Of a stretch of DNA of 64,000 bases, positions 13,753 to 22,887 are shown in pieces. The stretch spans positions 4,641-68,640 of the forward strand of contig JADBLO010000051.1 of NCBI GenBank assembly GCA_014894395.1. Reading direction: 5' to 3'. The position numbers were made by a program, and so were the translations under genes. Source of the DNA: Thermoplasmata archaeon. Its GTDB lineage: Archaea; Thermoplasmatota; E2; DHVEG-1. The notes beneath the pieces are model-generated. The model worked only from the letters and a program-made list of their open reading frames with translations. It was not told the DNA's origin and searched no databases. How positions within the stretch are numbered: the first letter of the stretch is position 1; each line of letters begins with the position of its first letter.

Positions 13753-14211
13753 ATGAAAACGATTGTGCTTGGTGTCGGAAACCCGATTCTGCAGGACGAT
13801 GGTGTTGGAATCCATGTCATCAATGAACTACGTGAACATTTGAAAGATTCAAGGGTAATTCTGGACATCGCATACACTGGAGGAATGAATCTCCTGGACA
13901 TGATCCGCGGGTTTGACAAAGTCATCCTTGTTGATGCAGTTAAGCAGGAAGGCAGCAAAACAGGTGAGGTCAAACGTTTTTCACTGACTGAAGCACCTGC
14001 TGTTCATTCCTGCAATCCTCATGATGTCTCACTTTCTGAAGCATTGCTTCTAGCAAAACAACTGGGAGAAGAGCATCTCCCTCAAGAGATCGTCGTGATC
14101 GGTATCGTCGTGAAGAACACCCTCGACTTTGGAGAACAACTCAGTAAAGAGGTTGCATCTGCGGTACCAACCGCGGTGAACTTAGTTCTCACTGAATTAA
14201 AAAACGCGTAG
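13753..14211 (+). CDS. hydrogenase maturation endopeptidase (HycI/HyaD family)
   Basis: MKTIVLGVGNPILQDDGVGIHV N-terminus, about 152 aa, GGAGA 5 nt upstream. Lies immediately downstream of the large subunit gene. Confidence 0.85.
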   Translation: MKTIVLGVGNPILQDDGVGIHVINELREHLKDSRVILDIAYTGGMNLLDMIRGFDKVILVDAVKQEGSKTGEVKRFSLTEAPAVHSCNPHDVSLSEALLLAKQLGEEHLPQEIVVIGIVVKNTLDFGEQLSKEVASAVPTAVNLVLTELKNA

Positions 14212-14223
14212 AGGAAAAACAAT

Positions 14224-14646
14224 ATGGTAAAAGAATTCGAACCAAACATCCTTGGATTCCTCTGTAACTGGTGCAGTTACGCGGGAGCAGACCTTGCCGG
14301 TACAAGCAGGATGAAGTATCCTTCGAATCTGAAATCAATCCGAGTCATGTGTTCTGGGAGAGTTGACCCGGCGTTTGTCCTTGAAGCACTCAGAAAAGGA
14401 GTTGACGGAGTGCTCATCGCAGGATGTCATCCTGGTGACTGCCATTACCAATCGGGAAACTATAAGACGAACCGCAGGGTTAAACTCTTAAAAAAATTAT
14501 TAGAGGAACTTGGGATTGATCCGAAACGAGTACGGTTTGAATATGTCTCTGCCTCGGAAGGACAAAAGTTTGCAACGGTGGTCACTGAGTTTGTCGCTGA
14601 GATTAAAAAAATTGGACCTAATCCTATAATCACACATAAGAAATAA
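14224..14646 (+). CDS. mvhD: methyl-viologen-reducing hydrogenase delta subunit (MvhD, [2Fe-2S])
   Basis: Conserved Cys pattern (CNWCSY..C..GCHPGDCHY), 140 aa, typical MvhD. Confidence 0.85.
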   Translation: MVKEFEPNILGFLCNWCSYAGADLAGTSRMKYPSNLKSIRVMCSGRVDPAFVLEALRKGVDGVLIAGCHPGDCHYQSGNYKTNRRVKLLKKLLEELGIDPKRVRFEYVSASEGQKFATVVTEFVAEIKKIGPNPIITHKK

Positions 14647-14795
14647 TATAAAAAAAAGGAAAAGCAGAAGAAGTTGCTGAAAAAACCGGAGAGGTTATAG
14701 GGAAAGGCGCAAAGAAAGGTTGGGGCGTCGTCAAAGCATTTGGAAAAGGAGTAAAAGATGCTGCCACCAAAGAAAAAGAAGAAAAAAATAAAGCC

Positions 14796-14814
14796 TTTTT
14801 TCTCTTTTTTATTT
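14796..14814 (+). terminator. T-rich terminator after mvhD
   Basis: CCTTTTTTTCTCTTTTTTATTT run about 150 nt after the mvhD stop. Confidence 0.3.
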
Positions 14815-14832
14815 AATTACTGTTAAAAATAA

Positions 14833-15348
14833 TTATTTAATTTCTTCAAATAAACCTGTTTGTTTATTTTTCCTGGCATTATCCCAATCAAAGAATTTCC
14901 CATTCATTGAGATATAAACCCCCGGTGGGAGTGTTTGAATAAACGCAAGAGCGCTTCCTAAATTAAACAAACCATCGGAGCTACCAAACGCATAAGGGAT
15001 CATCGCACCTGTTAAAATAATGGTTTTATCTTTGATATGCTGCCCTAAGAGTTTCGCAGTTTCAGTCATGGTATCGGTGCCATGAGTGATAAGTATTTTA
15101 TTTTCTATACAAGTCTGGCATTCTTTTAAAATCTTTTTACGATCAACATCAGTCATGCTCAGACTATCCTTCATCATTACTGTTTTTATTTTTATATTTA
15201 ACCGTGATCTTCCCAGTCTTAGCATCTCATTTACATGTGATTTTTTAAAAGACAATTCGCCGGTTAATGAATTATATTCTTTATCGAACGTTCCGCCGGA
15301 AATTAAAATTTTTATTGTCATATATTTTCTCTTATGCATCTTCTTCAA
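14833..15348 (-). CDS. short asparaginase-domain protein (L-asparaginase N-terminal domain only)
   Basis: ILISGGTFD and ITHGTDTM motifs match the asparaginase N-domain, but only about 162-171 aa long. The gene is markedly AT-rich compared with its neighbours. An alternative start at 15321 (MTIKILISGG) is possible. Confidence 0.55.
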   Translation of the reverse strand: MKKMHKRKYMTIKILISGGTFDKEYNSLTGELSFKKSHVNEMLRLGRSRLNIKIKTVMMKDSLSMTDVDRKKILKECQTCIENKILITHGTDTMTETAKLLGQHIKDKTIILTGAMIPYAFGSSDGLFNLGSALAFIQTLPPGVYISMNGKFFDWDNARKNKQTGLFEEIK

Positions 15349-15548
15349 TTATAAATTGTTACAAGGAACTATACGTCCGTTTTAAGACGTCAATATCATC
15401 ATATTCTGTAAAATTTTTTTTCTTATTTGACATCATATTAATCAAACCTTCTTTCTGGCAAATCAAAAGAGATATTTAAACCTTTATCATAAATATAAAA
15501 GGGAAATCAATGCAATTTTTATAAAAAGAGAGGCATGAGATGGAAACC

Positions 15549-15992
15549 CTACCGTTTCACTTGCTCCGCTATCGAGACAACCGTGACGTTCACAACTAAT
15601 CGTTTCCCTGCCAGCTGATGATTTAAATCCAATGTAAACGTCTGTTCATCCATTGCGACAATCGTACCAACAAAAGATTTCCCGGTGGGCACATCAATCT
15701 TAATGCGCGAGCCGACCTCCAGTGGCACTTCAGGTTTAAACACCGTCTTTGGCACCTTAATGACCAGGTCATCCATATGAGGACCAAACGCATCCTCAGG
15801 TTCCAGCGTCACGACCTTTGATTCTCCCTCCGCCATATCCTGTAATACTTTCTCAATTGCAGGAAAAAACTTCCCTTCTCCGACCACAATCTCAATGAGG
15901 TTCTCTGTATTATTCTTATAACAAAGCTCACCAGTTTCTAATTTCGCCTCACATAAAATCTGAACCTTATCCCCTTCCTTAATACTCTCCAT
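15549..15992 (-). CDS. FKBP-type peptidyl-prolyl cis-trans isomerase (SlyD-like, with IF insert)
   Basis: GDKVQILCEAKLETGE..GEGKFFPAIEKVLQDMAEGESKVVTLEPEDAFGP. Start chosen at MESIKEGD, which has a GGACGGAG SD-like sequence upstream; the ORF track extends to 16139. Confidence 0.75.
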   Translation of the reverse strand: MESIKEGDKVQILCEAKLETGELCYKNNTENLIEIVVGEGKFFPAIEKVLQDMAEGESKVVTLEPEDAFGPHMDDLVIKVPKTVFKPEVPLEVGSRIKIDVPTGKSFVGTIVAMDEQTFTLDLNHQLAGKRLVVNVTVVSIAEQVKR

Positions 15993-16126
15993 AGTCGCTC
16001 CGTCCGTACGCCCATCCCAACAAACAAAAAAAACACACTCCTCGGAGTATTGGTGCATCAATTTCATCCGTAGGATAAAAGTTCCTATCGCATCACGGTA
16101 CTTAAATATTTGTGTTTTTATCAGGA

Positions 16127-18202
16127 TTAGAGAGGGCATAAACCTGTAGGACAGCCTCCCGCATAATCAGTCGTAACCACGATCGGTTTTCCCGTACCAA
16201 GATACAAGACTTGTTCTGGTTTACTGCCGTACCGGTAAACCGTGATCCCTTTACATTTCAACTTCCAAGCAAGCAGATAAATATTTCTCACGTCTTGCAT
16301 CGTGGAATCCTTTGGGAGATTCACGGTCTTACTGACTGCATTATCGACATGTCGTTGGAACGCAGCTTGCATCCGGACATGAAACTCTGGTGAAATATCA
16401 AGCGAGGTTACAAAGATTTTTTTCAGATCTGCAGGAAGTTTGATGTCCTGTATGTTCCCGGTTTTTGAAATCTTTCGAATCAACTCATCTGAATACAGGT
16501 CACGTCGGATCAACTCCCGTTTGAAGGTCTCGTTTATCTCGGGTAATTGTTTGCCTTCCATTACCCGCCGAAGGAACGCTAACGCAAACACAGGTTCGAT
16601 ACCCGAGGAACAACCGGCAACGATACTGATAGTCCCTGTAGGTGCGATCGTGATACAGGTCGCGTTTCTCATCGCAGGATATTGCCGGCACCAAGTGCTT
16701 TGTTCGAAATTCGTAAACGAACCACGCGTTCTTCCAAGCTCCACTGACGTTTCTCGTGCTTCTTTTGCAATAAACGTGATGAGCCGCTCACCAAGCCGCA
16801 ACGCCTCCTTACTACCATAGGGTATCTTAAGCATGAACAAGAGATCAGCAAATCCCATCACACCGAGACCGATTTTCCGATGCGCTTTCGTGATCTTCTC
16901 TGTTTCTTTCAACGGATAGTTATTCGCATCAATGACGTTATCTAAAAAATGAACCGCAAGTCGTGTGGTCACCCGAAGTTTCCCCCAATCTATTTTTCCT
17001 TTCTTCACCATTTTTACTAAATTAATACTCCCTAAGTTACAGGATTCATACGCAAGCAACGGGACCTCACCACACGGGTTTGTCGCCTCAATTTCACCAA
17101 CATTCTTCAAAGGATGTCTCCGGTTAATCTCATCAATGAACAACAACCCAGGATCCCCGGTCTCCCATGCGTTCTTGACAATCATATCAAACAAGGCTGC
17201 TGCATTGATCTTCCGAACAATCTTCCCACCTTTTATGCTTCGTAAGGTGAGTGTTTCGCCTTTCAACGCCTTCCGCATGAACACATCAGTCGCAGCAACC
17301 GAGATATTGAAATTCGTGAGCCGTTTCCCTGATTTCGCGGTCACAAACTCAGCGATATCAGGATGTAAACAGGAGAGGATACCGATGTTTGCCCCACGAC
17401 GTTTCCCTCCTTGTTTGATCACCTCTGTTGTACTATCATAGATACGAATGAACGAGATAGGACCACTCGCAACACCCTTGGTGCTTTTCACAATCGCTCC
17501 TTTCTCCCGCAGATTACTAAAACTAAAACCAGTTCCACCACCGGACTGCTGAATCAACGCCATATTCTTTAGGGTCGTGAAAATACCCTCAAGACTATCC
17601 TCAATCGGTAGAACAAAACACGCAGACAATTGCCCGAGTTTGGTTCCCGCGTTCATCAATGTCGGTGAGTTCGGAAGAAACTCAAGGTTACACATCGCAG
17701 TGAAAAAATCCTCTTCGGTTCTCTTCGAGTTTGTTCCATATTTATTATCCACAATAGCGATTGCCTTTGCGACACGTCGGAACATCTGCGTTGGTGTTTC
17801 AATGATATTGCCATCTTCATCTTTCAAGAGGTACCGCTCTTCAAGCACTTTTAGGGCGTTGACCTCAAGTTTCAGATCATCCCGTATTTTGAAATACTGT
17901 TTTATTTCTCGTGCAATCCCCCGTGAGCGTCGATACAACGAATAGACTTTATACACTCGTTCTTCTCGTTGCTCAAGGATATCTTCAACGGTTTCTTGAA
18001 TTTGTTCAATATCGGGGATACCATCCAAAAAAGTTGATATTTTATCTTGGAGGGAATCAACAATTTCTTTGGTGAGGAATTCAGCTTTTTTTCTGTTTTT
18101 CATATCTAAAGCAAACATTGCCTTCTGAATAGCAACCGTAATTTTTTCAGCATTAAAAGCAACAAGCTCCCCGGTTCGCTTTCGAACAGTAGTAATCGTC
18201 AT
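16127..18202 (-). CDS. nrdJ: adenosylcobalamin-dependent ribonucleoside reductase (class II RNR) with N-terminal ATP-cone
   Basis: ATP-cone (VRKRTGELVAFNAEKI), class II RNR catalytic core (NPCGE), and C-terminal CPTGLCPL redox tail; 691 aa. Confidence 0.85.
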   Translation of the reverse strand: MTITTVRKRTGELVAFNAEKITVAIQKAMFALDMKNRKKAEFLTKEIVDSLQDKISTFLDGIPDIEQIQETVEDILEQREERVYKVYSLYRRSRGIAREIKQYFKIRDDLKLEVNALKVLEERYLLKDEDGNIIETPTQMFRRVAKAIAIVDNKYGTNSKRTEEDFFTAMCNLEFLPNSPTLMNAGTKLGQLSACFVLPIEDSLEGIFTTLKNMALIQQSGGGTGFSFSNLREKGAIVKSTKGVASGPISFIRIYDSTTEVIKQGGKRRGANIGILSCLHPDIAEFVTAKSGKRLTNFNISVAATDVFMRKALKGETLTLRSIKGGKIVRKINAAALFDMIVKNAWETGDPGLLFIDEINRRHPLKNVGEIEATNPCGEVPLLAYESCNLGSINLVKMVKKGKIDWGKLRVTTRLAVHFLDNVIDANNYPLKETEKITKAHRKIGLGVMGFADLLFMLKIPYGSKEALRLGERLITFIAKEARETSVELGRTRGSFTNFEQSTWCRQYPAMRNATCITIAPTGTISIVAGCSSGIEPVFALAFLRRVMEGKQLPEINETFKRELIRRDLYSDELIRKISKTGNIQDIKLPADLKKIFVTSLDISPEFHVRMQAAFQRHVDNAVSKTVNLPKDSTMQDVRNIYLLAWKLKCKGITVYRYGSKPEQVLYLGTGKPIVVTTDYAGGCPTGLCPL

Positions 18203-18256
18203 AGTTTCTAATCATTGTTAGGTTATAAAAACATATTTAACGAAAAGAAGGAATGA

Positions 18257-19381
18257 TTACGAATGATGGTTACGATGTACATCCTGCAAACCGTTCGTAA
18301 GCGCTTCTAACCCGCTCTGCAAAGTTTCCTTATCGCCACCAAATGATAATCGAATAAAACCTTCCGAATTGAAGTACGCACCAGGGTTTACCAATATCTT
18401 CTGTGCCTCAAATAAGTGTTTACAGAGCACCACAGAAGGAACATTTAGGGAATATTTCGGGAAACACACAATACCACCATCAGGTTCCACCCACTTCAAT
18501 AAATCCTTATGTTGCGTCATCCATTTCTTCACAACAACACGGTTTGTTGTCGCGTGTTTCTGAAATCGTTTTATGACTTCATCACGAGCATTTTTAAGCA
18601 GATGAGCAGTCATAATCTCGGAGATAGATGACGACGCGCCTGTTGTATGTGCTTTCATGCGTTGACATTGTGCTGCTATCCCTTCTGGTGCGATGATCCA
18701 TCCGGTATGGTGTCCTCCGAGACCGTATATCTTCGTTGCACTTGATGTCACCAGAACATTCGGTATCCCAAAACAGGAGGGTTTTTTTGAATAGGAGCCA
18801 TCAAGAAAGATTTCATCGACCAGGACATACGCACCACCTTCTTCTGCGATCTCAGCAATAGTTTTGATTGTTTGTTGATTCGTTAAGACGCCACTGGGGT
18901 TGTGAAGGTTAGTGAGTACAACCAGCTTGGTTTTTTCTGTGATAAGGCTCGAAAGTGTTTCACTATCAACTCTGAACTTGTTTTCAAATTTTCTCGGCCA
19001 GTTGATTCGTCGAGCACCAAGCATCTCCGGGGTCAACCACATCGGTTGATATCCTGGCTGTTCGATAATGAACTCATCTCCTTGAGAAAGGAGGGAGGAG
19101 AACACAAGGAAGTTCGCCTCAGACGCTCCAGTGGTCGTTACGATATTGTCTGGTGTGCAGTTGTACATCACACTCAGAGTTTCTTTTAGCTCGTGAGCGC
19201 CGTATTGTGCGTTTGAACCAAGATCAAAATTTTTTGGAAGTGTAAAATCAGTATATTTTTGATATTCTTCCACGGTTAACCCATAAATGTTGCTGAATGC
19301 GAGATTATAAGTGGCGTTGGGGGCGTTCTGGAGCAACCATTCAAACAGGTCGATACGGGGAGCATGCATGACTAAAAGCAT
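18257..19381 (-). CDS. class I/II PLP-dependent aminotransferase (HisC/CobD-like)
   Basis: SATKIYGLGGHHTGW PLP-lysine motif, about 370 aa, fold-type I aminotransferase pattern. Confidence 0.65.
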   Translation of the reverse strand: MLLVMHAPRIDLFEWLLQNAPNATYNLAFSNIYGLTVEEYQKYTDFTLPKNFDLGSNAQYGAHELKETLSVMYNCTPDNIVTTTGASEANFLVFSSLLSQGDEFIIEQPGYQPMWLTPEMLGARRINWPRKFENKFRVDSETLSSLITEKTKLVVLTNLHNPSGVLTNQQTIKTIAEIAEEGGAYVLVDEIFLDGSYSKKPSCFGIPNVLVTSSATKIYGLGGHHTGWIIAPEGIAAQCQRMKAHTTGASSSISEIMTAHLLKNARDEVIKRFQKHATTNRVVVKKWMTQHKDLLKWVEPDGGIVCFPKYSLNVPSVVLCKHLFEAQKILVNPGAYFNSEGFIRLSFGGDKETLQSGLEALTNGLQDVHRNHHS

Positions 19382-19457
19382 TGGGTATGAAGTATATTAT
19401 TGTATGGAGGAAAAAGAAAAATAAAACGGAGGGATCCAAATAATAAGTTCCTACTAC

Positions 19458-20798
19458 TTATGGCTGTTTAGCGTCTAGCAGATCATAGAGATTGAAATAA
19501 TGGGGTTCTGTCTTGAATGCCATTTGGTCATGGGTTGCGAAACTGACGACCATATCACCGGTATCGGGGCACGCGGTCCATTGGTTCCATGCCTCTGCCA
19601 TCCCAGTGCCTTTCCCTAGTATTTCGATAAGTCTTAAGAGAAAATTGTGATCTGCACGGTATCCGTTTTGCAGTGCCTGCATGGTTCCATTCAGATCCAT
19701 AGTACCCCAGGAAGTATTTATTTCATTGCTCACGGATGAGTATAATTGGTAGACTGCAAAAAACGGACAATTGGTTTTTTTATAGAGGAGCAGGTTGAGA
19801 AATCCGATGAATCCGGTAGGGTCGTAGCGTTTTCGTTGAGTTTCTGCGATGGTCGTTTCAAGAAACACATTGGTTCGTCGTACCACATGATCAAAGCCCC
19901 AAAAAGGATGTTTGGATTCAACGGAGTCATTATAGGTGCCAACGTAGGTATGGTTCGCTGTTTGTTCAACGATGAAACCTTCTGGTGGACTTGCTTGCGA
20001 GATGATAAAGTTGAATCCATGTGTTCGATTCGTATTTACTATGTTTATCGCGTCTTCAGCGGTTGTCGCGTAATCAAGGACTTGTTGAACCCGGAAATGG
20101 TACGGATTTCCCTGGAAGGTTTGGTCTTTGCTCCAGCAGATTTGAATACCAAGAGCGATCCCATGCTCATTGATGCCTCCACCGGTGTGAAATGACCCTG
20201 CAATCGAAGGACACAGCGAAGCAGAACCATTAGTTGGTTTCCGGACGACAAGCACAGTATTATTATGAGCATATCTCCCGGTCACCGGATCTTGGATGGT
20301 TGATGGCAAATCAAAACTCCGAGCGTGATACAATTTTCCATCAATAGTAGCAGGACCCCATGCAGCGATGCCGTAACACCCATGATCTGCATATTCGATC
20401 GCTGCAATCGACACCGCGATATCGTTAAATGAGATGTTTGCGCCATCCGCAATCCCTTGCAACTCGTCTTTGTATTCCTGCGGAACATACACGTTCATAG
20501 TGTCCCACATGGCAAGGAGTGCATCGTATGAGATAGAAGTGTTTGCAAAGTCCAAAAACGCACGAATATTTTCCTGAACTTTTTCTTGCAGTAGGTACCC
20601 ATGCTGGTATCCCATTTGATAATTTGATCCATTCACATGAAGTATCGTGACGTTCTCTCGTTCCTCAAGCCATCCTCCGTTTAATAAGGCAGCGCGAGAA
20701 GAACTCTGTTTTTCTGTTTGTGTGGTGTTGAGATAGTTTGCTTGGGTGATAGGTAGCGTAAGTAAGAGGCAGATGAATATAACCAATATATTTCTCAT
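19458..20798 (-). CDS. secreted peptidase-C45 / acyl-CoA:6-APA acyltransferase-like Ntn-hydrolase, heavily sequon-decorated
   Basis: Signal peptide MRNILVIFICLLLTLPITQA. GSNYQMGYQHGYLL resembles the C45 N-terminal motif and DHG-CYGIAAWG is a putative autoproteolytic Gly-Cys site. At least 12 N-x-S/T sequons. Confidence 0.45.
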   Translation of the reverse strand: MRNILVIFICLLLTLPITQANYLNTTQTEKQSSSRAALLNGGWLEERENVTILHVNGSNYQMGYQHGYLLQEKVQENIRAFLDFANTSISYDALLAMWDTMNVYVPQEYKDELQGIADGANISFNDIAVSIAAIEYADHGCYGIAAWGPATIDGKLYHARSFDLPSTIQDPVTGRYAHNNTVLVVRKPTNGSASLCPSIAGSFHTGGGINEHGIALGIQICWSKDQTFQGNPYHFRVQQVLDYATTAEDAINIVNTNRTHGFNFIISQASPPEGFIVEQTANHTYVGTYNDSVESKHPFWGFDHVVRRTNVFLETTIAETQRKRYDPTGFIGFLNLLLYKKTNCPFFAVYQLYSSVSNEINTSWGTMDLNGTMQALQNGYRADHNFLLRLIEILGKGTGMAEAWNQWTACPDTGDMVVSFATHDQMAFKTEPHYFNLYDLLDAKQP

Positions 20799-20896
20799 GT
20801 GAAAATTCCTCTATTCCTATAATAGAGGGACTTCTTTATAAAAATGTTGTTGTAAGCCTCTCTCTATGATCTTTCGAAAAATTAGGGACCGAAGAT

Positions 20897-21100
20897 TTAT
20901 TCCACACCTTTCATATCATCTCCTATCAGTTTGTCGAGTTCCTTGTCAACCCCTTGCTCATGCGCGATCTTCTGCATGTCTGCGATAATATTCTCCCAGA
21001 TTACTTGCTGGGCGAGTGCGTAATCCCAAAGATCCAGGCGTTTCGGCCCGTCACCTTTCTTGAAATCTTCTATGAACTCCTTTTTATCGTCCTCATTCAT
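20897..21100 (-). CDS. small acidic helical protein, paralog A (67 aa), unknown function
   Basis: Shares FIEDFKKGD..KRLDLWDYALAQQVIWE..ADM..IA with the adjacent ORF. Confidence 0.5.
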   Translation of the reverse strand: MNEDDKKEFIEDFKKGDGPKRLDLWDYALAQQVIWENIIADMQKIAHEQGVDKELDKLIGDDMKGVE

Positions 21101-21115
21101 GTGTGCTCACATCAA

Positions 21116-21298
21116 TTATTCTTCTTCCATCACTTTTCCTTTCTGCGGGTTTGTCGCTTGTGCGATCATGGACATTTCCGCGAGAGCTTCTTCCCAGATT
21201 GCTTCTTGCTCGACTGCGAAGTACCACATGTCCAGCTTTTTTGTAATATCTGCTTTTTTGAAATCGTCAAGAAACATCTTTATGTCTTCTTCTTTCAC
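21116..21298 (-). CDS. small acidic helical protein, paralog B (60 aa), unknown function
   Basis: Shares FLDDFKKAD..KKLDMWYFAVEQEAIWE..AEM..IA. In tandem with paralog A, 15-nt gap. Confidence 0.5.
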   Translation of the reverse strand: MKEEDIKMFLDDFKKADITKKLDMWYFAVEQEAIWEEALAEMSMIAQATNPQKGKVMEEE

Positions 21299-21444
21299 GA
21301 TGAATCCCTACTAGCAATACGGAAATAGCAATGACATATATATTTCTTTATTGTTTTGTTAACACGACATCATTATTCCCCTGAAAACAGGTAAAAATAT
21401 TAATAATAAAACATCTTAATAGGGAACCAAAAGAAGGATTACCT

Positions 21445-21915
21445 ATGGAGAAAGCTACGTTTGGAGCAGGCTGTTTCTGGCACGTTGAAGAAGCGTTTCG
21501 ACACCTCAAAGGAGTGAGCTCCACCACCGTGGGGTACATGGGAGGAACATTGAAAAACCCAACCTATGAAGAGGTCTGCACCGACAAAACCGAGCATGCG
21601 GAAGTCGTTGAAATAACCTATGACCCAGGCAAGATATCCTATGAGGACCTCTTAACTGTGTTTTGGGATATCCATGATCCGACAACAAAGAATCGACAAG
21701 GGCCTGACGTCGGAACACAATACAGATCAGTCATATTCTATCATACCGTAGAACAGAAAACAGCAGCAGAAACATCAAAAGAGGATCTCGAACAATCAAG
21801 GAAATACAAAAAAAAGATCATAACTGAAATTACAAAAGCAACTCCATTTTACCCTGCAGAAGAGTACCATCAGCAGTATCTAGCAAAACATGGATTGGCA
21901 GCCTGCCCTCGTTAA
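21445..21915 (+). CDS. msrA: peptide methionine-S-sulfoxide reductase MsrA
   Basis: ATFGAGCFWHVEEAF catalytic Cys motif, 156 aa. Confidence 0.85.
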   Translation: MEKATFGAGCFWHVEEAFRHLKGVSSTTVGYMGGTLKNPTYEEVCTDKTEHAEVVEITYDPGKISYEDLLTVFWDIHDPTTKNRQGPDVGTQYRSVIFYHTVEQKTAAETSKEDLEQSRKYKKKIITEITKATPFYPAEEYHQQYLAKHGLAACPR

Positions 21916-21930
21916 AAAATATTTTTTCCG

Positions 21931-22815
21931 TTGACACAGCCCATAAAGCTTATCTCGATGAAAGAGATTCTCTGGTTAGGAGTATATCGTATGTTACCAC
22001 GTGTGAAAAAGAAACTACTGCAGACCGGAAACATACTTGCAGTAATAATTACCATCCTCGTCAACGCCCTTGCAGTGATTCTTCCACTCAACGGTAAAAC
22101 CACCCAAGAACTCTCAGACGCATTACCAAACTTATTCGTACCCGCAGGTATCACCTTTTCTATCTGGGGTATCATCTACATCCTCTGGGTTGTCTTCGCG
22201 ATGTACCAAGCAAGAGACCTCTTTAAAAAAGAAGAACTCGAGATGCCATTTCTGCAACAAATCACCTTTTTATTCGTCGTAAGCAGCATCGCAAACAGCG
22301 CCTGGATTTTCCTGTGGCACTACGAATATGTCGGTCTGTCGTTACTCATGATGATCATCCTCCTCATCTCACTCCTAGCAATTTATATTCGTCTCAACAT
22401 CGGTAAATCAAACGTCACCATGACAGAAAAACTCTGCGTCCAGGTCCCGTTCAGCGTGTATCTTGGTTGGATTACGGTTGCTACTATCGCAAATGTCGCC
22501 GCATTCCTTGTTTCGGTGAAATGGGACGGTTTTGGGATTGACCCATTAACCTGGACGATCCTTATTGTCGCGGTCGGAACACTTCTTACCATCCTAATGC
22601 TTGCATTACGGAAAGACATTGCGTTTAGCCTTGTTGTTCTCTGGGCGTTCCTTGGAATCTGGATGAAACGAATGACACAGCCAACTACAACCACCGACGT
22701 GAATGTTGCAACCACGACGAGCATCGCTATAGTACTCATCATTGCTTGTCTGCTGGCGGTCATTGGTTATCAACTGATGTACAAAAACAAACAAAAATCT
22801 GTACAGAAAACCTGA
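21931..22815 (+). CDS. TspO/MBR-related tryptophan-rich membrane protein with extra C-terminal TM helices
   Basis: PNLFVPAGITFSIWGIIYILW, ANSAWIFLWHY and VPFSVYLGWITVATIANV resemble TspO signature segments. About 8 TM helices in 294 aa, against about 160 aa for canonical TspO. Confidence 0.45.
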   Translation: MTQPIKLISMKEILWLGVYRMLPRVKKKLLQTGNILAVIITILVNALAVILPLNGKTTQELSDALPNLFVPAGITFSIWGIIYILWVVFAMYQARDLFKKEELEMPFLQQITFLFVVSSIANSAWIFLWHYEYVGLSLLMMIILLISLLAIYIRLNIGKSNVTMTEKLCVQVPFSVYLGWITVATIANVAAFLVSVKWDGFGIDPLTWTILIVAVGTLLTILMLALRKDIAFSLVVLWAFLGIWMKRMTQPTTTTDVNVATTTSIAIVLIIACLLAVIGYQLMYKNKQKSVQKT

Positions 22816-22887
22816 ATATAAAAGATGCCCCCCTCGTTTCTCTGCAGAATAGCTTTTAATACGACACAGGATGTATCAGCGGACCCT

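Noticed and set aside
14652-14813. 54-codon K/G-rich open frame as a real gene
   Set aside because: No ATG/GTG/TTG start anywhere in the frame (it begins right after a TAA). It is kept only as a possible remnant in the AT-rich islet finding.
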